64,000 nt of DNA from an uncultured delta proteobacterium (GCA_963812015.1 CAWETI010000003.1:2080001-2144000); one strand, 5' to 3'; counted from the stretch's first letter, positions 1 through 10,614 are shown. Notes: generated by a model not told the origin, from the sequence alone. A program made the numbers and translations.

Positions 1-362
1 TCGCCATAGATCTCCGAGGTGGACGCCAGGAGGATGCGGGCCTTGACCCGCTTGGCCAGACCCAACATGTTCAGCGTCCCCAAGACGTTGGTCTTGATGG
101 TCTTCACCGGGTTGTATTGATAGTGCACCGGTGAGGCCGGACAGGCCAGGTGGTAGACCTGGTCGACCTCCAGCATGATGGGGTTCACCACGTCGTGGCG
201 GATCATTTCCAGCCGGGGATGGTCCCGCAGGTGGAGCAGGTTGGCCTTGGAGCCGGTAAAATAATTATCCAGGCAAAGAATCTCATGATCCTGGTTCAGC
301 AGGCGCTCCACCAGATGGGAGCCGATGAACCCCGCCCCTCCGGTGATCAAGATGCGGGCCAT
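1..362 (-). CDS. UDP-glucuronate decarboxylase-like NAD-dependent epimerase/dehydratase (5' part; runs off window start)
   Basis: Read manually on the minus strand: [22 protein letters not shown]...[44 protein letters not shown] upstream; not in the ORF track. Confidence 0.9.
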   Translation of the reverse strand, partial: MARILITGGAGFIGSHLVERLLNQDHEILCLDNYFTGSKANLLHLRDHPRLEMIRHDVVNPIMLEVDQVYHLACPASPVHYQYNPVKTIKTNVLGTLNMLGLAKRVKARILLASTSEIYG

Positions 363-666
363 GCACATTTCTCCTTTCAAGTCGCAACGTCGTGCCATTG
401 TAACCGGGTTTAGCCCTGAGGTAAATTCCCCGGGCACATTTTTCCCTTTTCCGGGGATTGACCAAACTGGGGGCATGCAGGCCTCCCAGGATCTGCTGTG
501 GGGGATGGATCGGCGCCGGCGGGCAGGCGAGGCCGCATTTAGCCGTTGCCACCGGAGAGTTTATCCCTTAAACTGGGGTTAATCCGCTTCGGGGGCCTGG
601 GTCACCCGGCAAGGCGGCCTGGACCAGAGCCCTCCCGAAGACCAATTTCCCCCAGAGGTTACGCTT

Positions 667-1239
667 ATGCATACGTCACCCGGCTTGCCGCAACCCTCGG
701 CGCCTGGCGGTGGACGCCGTATCGGCGCCCTGCTCATGGCATTGTTGTTCCTGTCCGCCTGCGCCCCCTCCAACCAAGCGGAAGAGGAACTCCGCAAGGA
801 GATGCAGGCGCTCAAGGCCCAAGTGGCCGCCATGCAGGAAAAGCTCAACCAGGTCCAGACCGGGCAGCAGGCCATTTTAGACCAGCTGAAGCAGCCGGCC
901 CTCGTGGCGGCGCCCCTGGCCCTGCCGGGCCAGCCCCCGGCCACCGCCACTCTGAGCGTGGCCCAACTCCTGGCCAGCAAGGACCGCTACCTGGGCGCTC
1001 GAGTGAAGGTCCTGGGCGCGGTGGGGCCGGTCATGGTCCATCATAAATCTCTCATGCTCAAGTCGCCCCAGGGCATGATTGAGGTGCTGTTCGGGAACCT
1101 TCCTGACCCGAAGCTCGTCCAGACCCTCTCTTCCACCCCCCTGGATAAACCCCTCACCGTAACGGGAGTGGTAAAACTGGGACCGGCCCGGGGAGCGGCG
1201 AGCCAGCTCCAGATCGACGCTGAGGCTGTGGAATTCTGA
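667..1239 (+). CDS. Hypothetical lipoprotein with coiled coil and possible OB-fold-like C-terminal domain
   Basis: Hydrophobic stretch ending in lipobox LSAC, then a Q/E/K-rich coiled coil; host-like codon usage. Confidence 0.7.
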   Translation: MHTSPGLPQPSAPGGGRRIGALLMALLFLSACAPSNQAEEELRKEMQALKAQVAAMQEKLNQVQTGQQAILDQLKQPALVAAPLALPGQPPATATLSVAQLLASKDRYLGARVKVLGAVGPVMVHHKSLMLKSPQGMIEVLFGNLPDPKLVQTLSSTPLDKPLTVTGVVKLGPARGAASQLQIDAEAVEF

Positions 1240-1274
1240 AGCTCGCCCAGCCTTGCAGCCCGACCTGGCGCACC

Positions 1275-2675
1275 GTGGGCCGGCGCCTGGTGGCCAAAAA
1301 GCCGGTGCACCCCGGTGCGGCCCCCGGGGTCGGCGCCCCCGCCCTGAGCCGCAGCCTCACCCGCCTTGACCTCATGGTCATCGGGGTGGCCCAGATCATC
1401 GGCGCCGGCATCTTCGTCATTTCCGGGGTGGGGGTGAAGATCGCCGGCCCGGGCCTCATCCTCTCCTTCCTTCTGGCTGGGGGGGCCTGCACCCTGGCGG
1501 CCCTGTGCTATGCCGAACTGGCCTCCATAATGCCCCAGGCGGGCAGCGCCTACTCTTACGCCTACGGGATTTTCGGGGAACTGGCCGCCTGGATCATCGG
1601 CTGGGACCTGATCCTGGAGTACGGCATGGGCGCCGCCACCGTGGCCGCGGGCTGGTCCTTCTACCTCCAGGACCTCCTTAAGGCCTCCGGCCTGGCCCTG
1701 CCCCACTGGGCCACCGGCCCGCCCTTCACCGAGCCGGGGCGCGTCATCAACCTCCCCGCCGCCCTGGTGGTCATGGGTTTCGCGGTGCTGTTGATCTTCC
1801 GCACCCGCTTCAATGCCCTCATCGCCCGGGGCCTGGTCCTTGTTAAGCTAGGGGTCATCGCTTTTATCCTGGCCCTGGGGGTTTTTTATATAAGGCCGGC
1901 TAACTGGACGCCCCTTATCCCCCATGGCGCCGGCAGCATCATCCAGGCCGCCTCTCTGGTGTTTTTCGCCTTCCTGGGCTTCGACGTCGTGGCCATCACC
2001 GCCGAGGAGTCTCGGAGGCCGGACCGGGACGTACCCTTCGGCATCATCGGTTCTCTCACCCTGTGCAGCCTCATCTATCTGGCGGTGGCTCTGGTCCTGG
2101 TGGGGATGGTGTCCTACACCCGGATCAACCCGGACGCCCCCTTCTCCACGGTCTTCCGGCAGGTGGGCCTGCCTTGGGCCGCGGACCTGGTGGGCTTAGG
2201 AGCCATCATCGGCATCACCAGCGTGCTCTATATGCTGCTGTTGGCCCAACCCCGGGTGCTTTTCGCCATGGCCCGGGACGGCCTGCTGCCGCCGGTGGTT
2301 GGGGTGCTCCATCCCCGCTACCACACCCCCCACCGCATGACCCTGCTCTGCGGCGCGGCCGTGGCCCTGGTGGGGTCCCTGACCCCCATCGCCAAGCTGG
2401 CCTTTCTCTGCAACATCGGCACCCTCTTCGCCTTCTTCTTGGTCTGCCTGGGGGTACTGGTGCTGAGGGTCACCCACCCTACCCTGCCCCGCCCCTTCCG
2501 GTGCCCCGCCGGCAAACTGGTGGCCGCGGCCGGCGCCCTGATCTGCCTGGCCCTGATGCTCTCCATGCCGGAAGGCTCCTGGCTGCGTCTGGTCCTGTGG
2601 CTGATATTGGGGCTGGCGGTCTACTTCCTTTACGCCTGGCGCTCCGGACGGTTTACGGCTGCTGCAGGAGAATAA
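1275..2675 (+). CDS. APC-family amino acid permease
   Basis: IIGAGIFV, CYAELAS, GSAYSYAY and FFAFLGFD motifs; about 12 TM segments. Confidence 0.92.
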   Translation: MGRRLVAKKPVHPGAAPGVGAPALSRSLTRLDLMVIGVAQIIGAGIFVISGVGVKIAGPGLILSFLLAGGACTLAALCYAELASIMPQAGSAYSYAYGIFGELAAWIIGWDLILEYGMGAATVAAGWSFYLQDLLKASGLALPHWATGPPFTEPGRVINLPAALVVMGFAVLLIFRTRFNALIARGLVLVKLGVIAFILALGVFYIRPANWTPLIPHGAGSIIQAASLVFFAFLGFDVVAITAEESRRPDRDVPFGIIGSLTLCSLIYLAVALVLVGMVSYTRINPDAPFSTVFRQVGLPWAADLVGLGAIIGITSVLYMLLLAQPRVLFAMARDGLLPPVVGVLHPRYHTPHRMTLLCGAAVALVGSLTPIAKLAFLCNIGTLFAFFLVCLGVLVLRVTHPTLPRPFRCPAGKLVAAAGALICLALMLSMPEGSWLRLVLWLILGLAVYFLYAWRSGRFTAAAGE

Positions 2676-2798
2676 TTTGTAAGTGGCCCCGGCTGCCTCC
2701 TGGCAATCCCGGGGCTTGACTGACCGGTAATACATAAAGATTTAGGCTGACCGTCATTGAATCGATATCAGATTAAATCTGACCTTGAAGGCCAAAAA

Positions 2799-4055
2799 TT
2801 AACCTGCCGGAGAAGATCTATCCGGTATGGCGCGATAAATCACCAAGCCAAACATTGCCAGCAAATAAAGGAGGCTTAACTGTAGCCCCGGCAACCATAT
2901 CGATAAAAAAGTCGCCATCCAACAAATGGCCAGAATTCTTTGTCCCGTCCGTCTCCCCGTTGAGACCTCCTCCCACCCTAACCAGGCAAAAGGAAGGGCA
3001 ATTAATGCTAAGTCATATTCAAAGGCAAACGGGGCGGTTAAAAAAATGGCTAACGTTAGACTTGAAGCTCGCAAAGGTAATGATACCCCCCTCCACCATA
3101 TCCAGGCCACTACCCCCATTGCTGCCAGGGCTATCGCTCCTTGCAAAACTTCCGTCATGGGCAATCCGGCCCCCAGGAAGCGGGCGCCAGCAAATATGGT
3201 CGGCATATTACTCCAATATTCTTTATGATACTTCAGCACCTCTGTAGCATAAGGAATGTTATGGAAAAATGCCTTCCAGGTAGCAATACCAAATACTATG
3301 AGGCTGATAAGAGCTAAACTGATAGCGCTTACTACAGCTCCAATCAAGGCTCGCCAGTTGCGCCCAGCCAAAAGGGCTACGGGTAGTAAAATCGCCAGTT
3401 GCGGTTTATAGCTGAGTACTCCTAATAACAATCCTCCCATAAAAGGGCGGGAGTCCAACAACAGCAAACCTCCCCCCAAAAGCATAGTCGATAAAAAACC
3501 ATTCTGCCCATAGAAGAGGTTATTAATTGCGGGGGGGAAGGCCAGGAACAACCAAGGGGTAAGACGATGGGGAGCTATGCGCCGAACCATCCACAGATAG
3601 CCATATAATGTCGATAAAATCCATAGTCCAAATGAAATACAATAGGGAAAGAGCGATAGAGGGATAACTATGATCAAGAAGGATGGCGGATAGTGCCAGG
3701 GACGTAATCCAACGTCAGCCCCTATAACTAATTTCTCCAGGACGTGTATCTTGGCAATTGAGTAAATTCCGGCCGGATCGCCCTGCAAGGCTAACTTGGA
3801 TGCGGCATAGAACGCCACGAAATCCGAACCGAGAGGCTTGCCCATCAGGTCGGTGAAGCCAGGTTTGGTCAGCAGGCCGGCTATGATCCAATAACAGCCA
3901 TACAGAAGGTATGGATATCCTCCCAAAAATGAGACAACCACGAACAAATATCTACTATACAGGTAGATTCGCTCTGATTCTGGCACCTTCAATCCAGCCA
4001 AGCAATCCACTTTTATGGACTTGACCAACTGCTTAATTTTCCCGGTCCCCTTCAT
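2799..4055 (-). CDS. GT87/DUF2029-like integral membrane glycosyltransferase (GT-C fold)
   Basis: GSDFVAFY, HYPP, GQNG, YKPQL and FEYDL motifs; multi-TM; lower GC than flanks. Confidence 0.8.
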   Translation of the reverse strand: MKGTGKIKQLVKSIKVDCLAGLKVPESERIYLYSRYLFVVVSFLGGYPYLLYGCYWIIAGLLTKPGFTDLMGKPLGSDFVAFYAASKLALQGDPAGIYSIAKIHVLEKLVIGADVGLRPWHYPPSFLIIVIPLSLFPYCISFGLWILSTLYGYLWMVRRIAPHRLTPWLFLAFPPAINNLFYGQNGFLSTMLLGGGLLLLDSRPFMGGLLLGVLSYKPQLAILLPVALLAGRNWRALIGAVVSAISLALISLIVFGIATWKAFFHNIPYATEVLKYHKEYWSNMPTIFAGARFLGAGLPMTEVLQGAIALAAMGVVAWIWWRGVSLPLRASSLTLAIFLTAPFAFEYDLALIALPFAWLGWEEVSTGRRTGQRILAICWMATFLSIWLPGLQLSLLYLLAMFGLVIYRAIPDRSSPAG

Positions 4056-4263
4056 ATGGCCATGTGCGATTTTTGCCGAGTTTCGCCGGCAGATTCAGGC
4101 TACTGCAAGATGGAGCCAGGCGAGATCGGCGGAATGGATAATTACCGGTCAAATTAATCACGGGTAAGATTGCGAATATGACCTGTTTCCACCAGGTAAT
4201 GGGCGTCATCCAAAGGCGCCCCCCTGGGTGCGGGGCGCCCTGGTCAATCGGTGACGCCAAAAC

Positions 4264-4866
4264 TCACATCGCACTGGGTTGAGCGGGAGCTTTGGTTGGG
4301 GATTTCTCCTCCTTGGGAGCCTCTTTGGGGGCCGGAGCCCGGCGGCGCGGGGCCGGTTTGGATGAATCCACCGGAGCGGCAGACAGGTATCGGGGCGGAA
4401 CATAGCCGATCAGGTTACTCTGTAGGTCCCGCACCTGGGCCCAACCGCTGGTGCCCACTCCCAGCATTTCCACCGCATCATTGAAATGCAGCATCGTGAG
4501 GACGTTGGCCTCCGGTCTGGGTTTGTCCCGGAGGGGAAGACTGCCAATATTGACATGGTAAGGAGGCTCAGTTTTGGCGCTCAGATCAGGACTGTAACTG
4601 AGCCAATTATTGGGTATCCAGCCCATTCCCGACTGCTCCGCCAGGCGTACCTTGGACCAGCCGTTATCCGTCCGCTCCAGGATGTCCACCTTATCGCCCT
4701 GATAAACCGTAAGTAACACCGCGCACCCGGCAGAAGGGCATTCCCGCAAGGGCGCCGAGGTCGGGATTATGTAGTAATAGCCGGAATAAGCCTGTACCAG
4801 GGAAGTGGCCAGCAACAACATCAGCGGGATCAGCAACACGGGGATAATAACTTTCCTCAGCCTCAT
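4264..4866 (-). CDS. Secreted protein with two bacterial SH3 domains
   Basis: Signal peptide; two repeats of LR..P......L..L...D.V.......GW..V......G(W/Y); SD GGAGGAGG before ATG 4866. Confidence 0.82.
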   Translation of the reverse strand: MRLRKVIIPVLLIPLMLLLATSLVQAYSGYYYIIPTSAPLRECPSAGCAVLLTVYQGDKVDILERTDNGWSKVRLAEQSGMGWIPNNWLSYSPDLSAKTEPPYHVNIGSLPLRDKPRPEANVLTMLHFNDAVEMLGVGTSGWAQVRDLQSNLIGYVPPRYLSAAPVDSSKPAPRRRAPAPKEAPKEEKSPTKAPAQPSAM

Positions 4867-5284
4867 GAATCCTCCTCCTGTTCCTCCCCAGCTCCTGCTT
4901 GCCTGGGGCGCTTCTGGGCCTTCAAGGTGGCGAACATGAAATTCATTAGGAATGGACACGTTAGTATGAGGGTAGGTGCGACGATCCATGGTAACGACCT
5001 CGGCGGTGATGCCAGAGTTTGCTCTAGAGCATACCACTATCGGCTAATTTTTAACAATGCCAAAGAGTTGAAGATACGATCTTCATATCTTAAACGGGCA
5101 GTGGTGAGGGAGAGAATTCCCTGAGATGGGAAGAGCCGATGGGGGGATCGTCGGCGGAGCACCAACCGGGGAAACTCCTGTCTTCCGGCCGAGTTAGGTG
5201 AAAGTGCCAAAGGAGGGGGTATTGAGGTTGGATCAGCTTATACCAGACCCCGGCTGGGATTATCTCATCATACCTTGACGATGA

Positions 5285-5833
5285 TTAGATCAATTCGGCA
5301 ATCGTGAACACCGCCTCCACGTCGACAACCTCTTGGGCTACCTTTTCTTTGCCCCCTTCCTGCCGGTCCACCAGGATGAGCACTTTGACCACCGCCAGGC
5401 CGAATTCCCGGGCCGCGGCCACGGCCCGCAAGACGGAGCCGCCGGTGGTGACGACATCCTCCACCACCACCACCCGGTCCCCGGGTTCCACATCCCCCAC
5501 CAGCACCCCCCCGGTGCCATGCTCCTTGGGCTTGTGGCGCACCGAAAAGGCATTGACGGGTTTGCCCTTCAGATAGCTGGTGAGCGAGATGGCGTGGGCG
5601 ATGGGGTCGGCCCCCATGGTGAGGCCGCCGATGGCATCCACCTTCAGGTCCCGGATCAGGTCGAAGCAGAGCTCCCCGATGAGGACTAGCCCCTGAGCGT
5701 TGTGGGTGGTAGGGCGGCAATCAATGTAGTACGGACTCTCCCGGCCCGATACCAGCTTGAAAGGCTTATCGGGGCTGTACCGAAAAGATTTTTCCCTGAG
5801 GAGTTCCAAGAGCTGCCGGCGCATTATCTCCAT
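5285..5833 (-). CDS. pyrE: Orotate phosphoribosyltransferase
   Basis: FKLVSGRESPYYIDCR; PRPP motif VVVVEDVVTTGGS. Confidence 0.95.
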   Translation of the reverse strand: MEIMRRQLLELLREKSFRYSPDKPFKLVSGRESPYYIDCRPTTHNAQGLVLIGELCFDLIRDLKVDAIGGLTMGADPIAHAISLTSYLKGKPVNAFSVRHKPKEHGTGGVLVGDVEPGDRVVVVEDVVTTGGSVLRAVAAAREFGLAVVKVLILVDRQEGGKEKVAQEVVDVEAVFTIAELI

Positions 5834-5928
5834 GCTCAACCCTCTCCTGCTTGCCTGGGCCTTCGGCCCCTTGATGGTAACGTCCCCTTTGCATTATCGA
5901 GACCGCGGACCGGCTGGTCTCTTACAGG

Positions 5929-6447
5929 CTATTTCCGATCTTTGAGTTGTTTGAGAAATTCCCGCAGCGCCTCCTTGGTGGAAGAAAAGGCGATGCGGGG
6001 CCAGGGGATCTCATTGAGCCCAAAAACCCGGGCCTCCAGGGTCTCATCCGCCGCAGTAAGCTCTCCGGAGACATACTCCGCCACGTACGCCGCGATGATG
6101 GTGCGGTGGTCCGGGTAGGAATAGATATTCAGCAACCGCAGGGGACGGACGGTCAGGCAGGTCTCCTCCTGGGTCTCCCGGACCACCGCTTCCTCCACCA
6201 CTTCCCCCAGGTCCACGAACCCGCCGGGCACCACCCAGAGCCCGTAGCCCGGCTCGATGGCCCGGCGCACCATGACCACGCCATCATCCATGGGGATCAC
6301 CGCCACCACCGACAGCTTGGGGTCCAGGTAAAAGATGAAGCCGCAGACGGTGCACACCAGACGCCGGGGCTCCCGGGGCTTGATCTGCCGTTTCTCCAGC
6401 CGGCCGCCGCATTGGGGGCAAAATTTATACAGCGATAAATCAAGCAT
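5929..6447 (-). CDS. NUDIX hydrolase with N-terminal Zn ribbon
   Basis: FCPQCG...CTVCG and Nudix box GGFVDLGEVVEEAVVRETQEE. Confidence 0.9.
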   Translation of the reverse strand: MLDLSLYKFCPQCGGRLEKRQIKPREPRRLVCTVCGFIFYLDPKLSVVAVIPMDDGVVMVRRAIEPGYGLWVVPGGFVDLGEVVEEAVVRETQEETCLTVRPLRLLNIYSYPDHRTIIAAYVAEYVSGELTAADETLEARVFGLNEIPWPRIAFSSTKEALREFLKQLKDRK

Positions 6448-6490
6448 GACTGCGCTCAGTAAGCAAATTTTATGGGTTGCCGGGATGGTT

Positions 6491-6904
6491 TTATTGAAAC
6501 AATAAACCCGACACCTTGATCTGGCCCCCCTGGCGGGAGAGCACCAGCTTAATCAGGACATCATCAGCGCTCTTGGCAAATCTGCCTTTCCAAAGGACCA
6601 CCGTGGTCTTTCCCTTCTCAAGGTAGCCTAAATAGCTGCGGGATTCGTAGCCGCCGATACTCTTGAGCATATCACCCCTTACGTGGGAAAAATTGTTTGG
6701 CGAGGTCACTTTTTTCATCCTATCGTCGAAATATTGGCAATATACTTCGCACTCGCCTTCATTTAACCCTTTCAGCACCGTATCCAGGATATGGTCGGCC
6801 ACGGCCTGCACCTCACGGTTGTCCTGGCCGACCGAATCCGCCGCCGCCGGCCAGGCCGCGCCCAAGGTCAACACGCCAATCAGCAGCAAGCTGATAAATT
6901 GCAT
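6491..6904 (-). CDS. Secreted hypothetical protein (DUF3887-like)
   Basis: Signal peptide; C-terminal KVSGLLFQ; SD GAGGAG. Confidence 0.65.
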   Translation of the reverse strand: MQFISLLLIGVLTLGAAWPAAADSVGQDNREVQAVADHILDTVLKGLNEGECEVYCQYFDDRMKKVTSPNNFSHVRGDMLKSIGGYESRSYLGYLEKGKTTVVLWKGRFAKSADDVLIKLVLSRQGGQIKVSGLLFQ

Positions 6905-7002
6905 GATCATCCGCTCCTCAGGGGTCACCCGGCTGATTCCTGGGATTCAGGGCCGCCTCATCCCCCTACCCTCTTCGCATTCCGGTTTTTCCGGCCCGCC
7001 CC

Positions 7003-7932
7003 TCATTCCAGGACAAAGGGCGCCGGGGTAAAGGTGAGCACGAACACCACGATGGTGATAATTCCCAGCACCCGGCGGCGCCGGTCCAGGGGCACCCAGT
7101 AAAGATACGGCGGCGGGTGGCGCCAGCCCAGAAAGGCTATGAGCGCCGCCCAAAACAGCCAGCCTTTCCAGTACACCAGCCCGCAGACCACCAGGAGACC
7201 GAGCACCCCCAGAGAAATATAGCGGTGATATTCAGGAAACAGGGCATAGGCCACGTGCCCCCCGTCCAGTTGCCCCACCGGTATCAGGTTGAGGGCCGTG
7301 ACCAAAAGACCGATCCAGCCGGCAAAAGCCACCGGATGGAGGATGACATTCTGGTGGGGCGTCAGGGACCCCAGGACCAGCCAGCTCAGCAGCTTGAACA
7401 GCAGAGGTTCCCCCAGAACCAGTCCTTCCTCTCCCCCGCCCGTGACGATTACGCGGGACAATTTCAGTCCCACCAGGATCACCGGGATGGCAACCAGGAC
7501 GCCGGTTAAAGGTCCGGCGCAGCCCACGTCCAGCAGGGCCCGCTTGTCTCTTATGGGGGAGCGGATGCGGATGAAGGCCCCAAAGGTGCCGATAATAAAG
7601 GGGATGGGCGGGGCCGGGATGAAGTAAGGCAGGGTCACGTCCAGGTGGTGCCGCCGTGATACCAGGTAGTGGCCCATTTCGTGAGTGCCCAGGATCAACA
7701 GCAGGGTGAAGGAAAACGGGATGCCCTTATAGAGCAGCCCGGGGGTCGCAAGAGGATTAACTCCCTGCTGGATGGCCCCGGCGATGACGGTGGTAACCAC
7801 CGTGGCCAGGAGCAAGCCCAGGTGCAGGAGGAGGCGCGGCGGCTTGGGAGCCGGCCAGGGCGGCATGAACTCCGGCTCCCGCCAGGGCTCCGGTTCCATC
7901 TCCGGGCTCCACCCTCTCTCCGCCGGCGTCAC
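7003..7932 (-). CDS. Site-2 protease (M50) family membrane metalloprotease
   Basis: HEMGH, AGP and NLIPVGQLDGGH motifs; start overlaps rluB stop (GTGA). Confidence 0.92.
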   Translation of the reverse strand: MTPAERGWSPEMEPEPWREPEFMPPWPAPKPPRLLLHLGLLLATVVTTVIAGAIQQGVNPLATPGLLYKGIPFSFTLLLILGTHEMGHYLVSRRHHLDVTLPYFIPAPPIPFIIGTFGAFIRIRSPIRDKRALLDVGCAGPLTGVLVAIPVILVGLKLSRVIVTGGGEEGLVLGEPLLFKLLSWLVLGSLTPHQNVILHPVAFAGWIGLLVTALNLIPVGQLDGGHVAYALFPEYHRYISLGVLGLLVVCGLVYWKGWLFWAALIAFLGWRHPPPYLYWVPLDRRRRVLGIITIVVFVLTFTPAPFVLE

Positions 7933-8654
7933 TTCAGATCCACCCCTGCCTTTAAGGCCGCCATCTCCCGCCCGGTGAGGTCCCGGAAGCTGCCCCGGGG
8001 CAGTCTCTCCAACCGCAGCGGGCCCACGGCGATACGCTTCAATTTCAACACCTCGTGGCCCACCTGACTCATCAGCCGTTTGATCAGATGATACCGCCCC
8101 TCATGCACGGTTACTTCCAAAACGGTTTTTTCCGGCTCCCGCTTGTTCACCTGCACTTCGGGGTAAACAGTCCGGCCCTCCAGTTCTATCCCGGCGGCCA
8201 GGCGCCGCAACGTCTCCCGGCTCACCTCCCCGGCCACGGTCACCCGATAGGTGCGAGGCACCTGATAACTGGGATGGGTCAGCCGGTAAGCCAATTCGCC
8301 GTCGTTGGTGAGGAGCAACAGGCCGGTGGCGTCGTAATCCAGGCGGCCGACGGGATAGAGCCGGCCCGCGCCCCGGCCCAACAAGTCCGTGACCACCCGC
8401 CGCCCCTGGGGGTCGCTGGTGGTGCAAACGTACCCGTAAGGCTTGTGAAGCATGACCGTCCGGAGCGCCGCGGTCACCTTGACCACACGCCCATCCACCT
8501 GGACTTCGTCCCGGTCGGGGTCGATCTTGACCCCCATAACCGTAACCACCTCACCGTTGACCGCCACCCGGCCGGCCTGGATATACTCCTCCGCCGCACG
8601 CCGGGAAACTACCCCGGCCCGGGATAAGAATTTTTGTAAGCGCTCGGTGGTCAT
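7929..8654 (-). CDS. rluB: 23S rRNA pseudouridine synthase (RluB/RsuA family)
   Basis: S4 domain ERLQKFLSRAGVVSRR; catalytic GRLD...GLLLLTNDG. Confidence 0.88.
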   Translation of the reverse strand: MTTERLQKFLSRAGVVSRRAAEEYIQAGRVAVNGEVVTVMGVKIDPDRDEVQVDGRVVKVTAALRTVMLHKPYGYVCTTSDPQGRRVVTDLLGRGAGRLYPVGRLDYDATGLLLLTNDGELAYRLTHPSYQVPRTYRVTVAGEVSRETLRRLAAGIELEGRTVYPEVQVNKREPEKTVLEVTVHEGRYHLIKRLMSQVGHEVLKLKRIAVGPLRLERLPRGSFRDLTGREMAALKAGVDLK

Positions 8655-8660
8655 GACAAT

Positions 8661-8756
8661 TGGGAAAAAAGGCGAAAAGGGGAAAAGGGGAAAAGGAAAA
8701 GATTCGTTGGTTCAATTTCTACAAAACCCTTTCCTCATTTTTCCCTTATTTTCCTC
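8661..8756. repeat. Inverted pair of degenerate octamer arrays (GGGGAAAA-like vs TTTTCC-like)
   Basis: gggaaaaaaggcgaaaaggggaaaaggggaaaaggaaaa followed by tttcctcatttttcccttattttcc. Confidence 0.65.
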
Positions 8757-9090
8757 GGAGAAACTCGTAAATTTCATTAACAGAGGGCACCACAAACGCG
8801 TCAGCATTGTCAGGGTTTGTATCAGATGCTATTCCCCTTAGCGACGGAATTAATCGCATCTTGAACGGATGGATTTCTTTTTTCGCCAATTCAGGGTTCA
8901 CATCAATCAATTCCATGAGAACGGCCTCTGCATCCTCACGACGCATGAAGAAACGGACTGGCTTTCTACCGGGATATCGGTTGTCAGGAATGATGACATA
9001 TTTTCCACTGCGAACGTCTTTAAGAACCCACGCCTCCGCGTTCTCGTCAAGTTCGGAAAGTATTACGTCCAAAGATAGAGGTTGTGTCAT
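8746..9090 (-). CDS. Hypothetical protein, lower GC
   Basis: 114-aa ORF with strong SD AAGGAGG, between trpS and rluB. Confidence 0.7.
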   Translation of the reverse strand: MTQPLSLDVILSELDENAEAWVLKDVRSGKYVIIPDNRYPGRKPVRFFMRREDAEAVLMELIDVNPELAKKEIHPFKMRLIPSLRGIASDTNPDNADAFVVPSVNEIYEFLRGK

Positions 9091-9139
9091 TTCATATCCT
9101 CCTTACCCCGGCATTAAATTGGACCTTAGCCAATTTGAT

Positions 9140-9174
9140 CACTGGCCACTGACCACAGGCCGCTGACTACTATC
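9140..9174. repeat. Degenerate heptamer array (CACTGRC-like)
   Basis: cactggc cactgac cacaggc cgctgac tactatc. Confidence 0.6.
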
Positions 9175-9198
9175 TCCCCCGGCCCTCCCCCCAATAGC

Positions 9199-10248
9199 CT
9201 AAGGAACCAACTGGAACTTTTGGTTAAATCCCACGGCGTCCCGGACTTCGGCCAGGGTCCGGCGGGCCTCTTCCCGGGCCCGGTTATTGCCCTGGTGCAT
9301 GATGTCCAGGACCTCGTCGGGGTGGGCTTCGTAATATCGCCGCCGTTCCTGGATGGGGGCCAGATTTTCCAGCAAAGCCTCGGCCAGCAGCTTTTTGCAA
9401 TCCACGCAGCCCAGTTTGGCGGCCCGGCATTCCGTAGTAATTTCCTCGATGCGCGCCTTGGGCAAATTGAGGCGATGGAAAGGAAAGGCCAGGCAGCGGT
9501 CCGGTTCGCCGGGGTCTTTCCGGAAGGGACGCTGGGTATCGGTGGTCATCTGGCGCACCTTTTGGGCCATCTCCGCCGGCGGGTCGCTCAGGTAGATACA
9601 GTTGCCGTAGCTCTTGCTCATCTTGCGGCCGTCGGTGCCCGTGAGTTTGGGAATCTCGGTGAGCAGGGCCTCCGGTTCCGGGAAAATGGGCCGGTACAGG
9701 TAGTTGAACCGCCGGGCGATCTCCCGGGTCATCTCCACGTGGGGCACCTGGTCCACCCCCACCGGCACCCCGGCGGCCTTGTACATCAGGATGTCAGCGG
9801 CCTGGAGCACCGGGTAGCCCAGAAAGCCGTAGGTGGCCAGGTCCTTGTGGGCCAACTGCTCCATCTGGTCCTTGTAGGTGGGGTTGCGCTCCAGCCAGGG
9901 CACCGGGGTAAACATGCCGAAGATCAGATAGAGTTCGGCATGCTCCCGAATGGCCGACTGCACAAAGATGGTGGACTTCTCCGGATCCAGGCCCACGCTC
10001 AGCCAATCCGTCACCATTTCCGGAATATAGCCGCTGATGAGCCCGGGGGTTTCGTATTCCGTGGTCAGGGCGTGCCAGTCGGCCACAAAGTAGAAGCACT
10101 GATAATCTTCCTGGAGGCGCATCCAGTTATACAGGGCCCCGTAATAGTTGCCCAGGTGCATCTTGCCGGTGGGGCGCATGCCGCTCAGGATGCGCTTCAG
10201 ATTTGGCTCTGTAGGGTTCTCAGGTCCACGTGAATCTTCAAATGCCAT
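9199..10248 (-). CDS. trpS: Tryptophan--tRNA ligase
   Basis: SGMRPTGKMHLGNY (HIGH), KMSKS and YPVLQAADIL. Confidence 0.97.
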   Translation of the reverse strand: MAFEDSRGPENPTEPNLKRILSGMRPTGKMHLGNYYGALYNWMRLQEDYQCFYFVADWHALTTEYETPGLISGYIPEMVTDWLSVGLDPEKSTIFVQSAIREHAELYLIFGMFTPVPWLERNPTYKDQMEQLAHKDLATYGFLGYPVLQAADILMYKAAGVPVGVDQVPHVEMTREIARRFNYLYRPIFPEPEALLTEIPKLTGTDGRKMSKSYGNCIYLSDPPAEMAQKVRQMTTDTQRPFRKDPGEPDRCLAFPFHRLNLPKARIEEITTECRAAKLGCVDCKKLLAEALLENLAPIQERRRYYEAHPDEVLDIMHQGNNRAREEARRTLAEVRDAVGFNQKFQLVP

Positions 10249-10614
10249 GCTTATTCCTAGATAATTTATTAAGGTCCTCAGGCTTCCGCCTGCGGCGACG
10301 CAGTCTCATCGTGAGGACTTACTGCCGCAACGAATAATGCCCATGAAAAATTTTTCAGGTAGGGTGGCCGTCCCTTGCCTGGCAGTGAACCGGCCCCGGT
10401 TGCATGGATACAAAATTACCTTAGGCAGGCCTCTTTTGCAAGTAGGTGGGCCAATATCCTCTTGAGGGGAGAGGATACCAGAATCTGATGCAAAACCCAG
10501 GTATTTCTGTCACCCTGGGCGCCGCACATGGCCTAGGTAATTGAAAAGACGAGATTCTGCGCGGCGCTCCGCCTGACAAATTCTTCGACCCAAAGGTGTT
10601 GTAATGGACGGTAA

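Noticed and set aside
5100..5270. Possible ncRNA between pyrE and the SH3 gene
   Set aside because: Purine-rich with small hairpins, but no RNA family consensus I can recognise.
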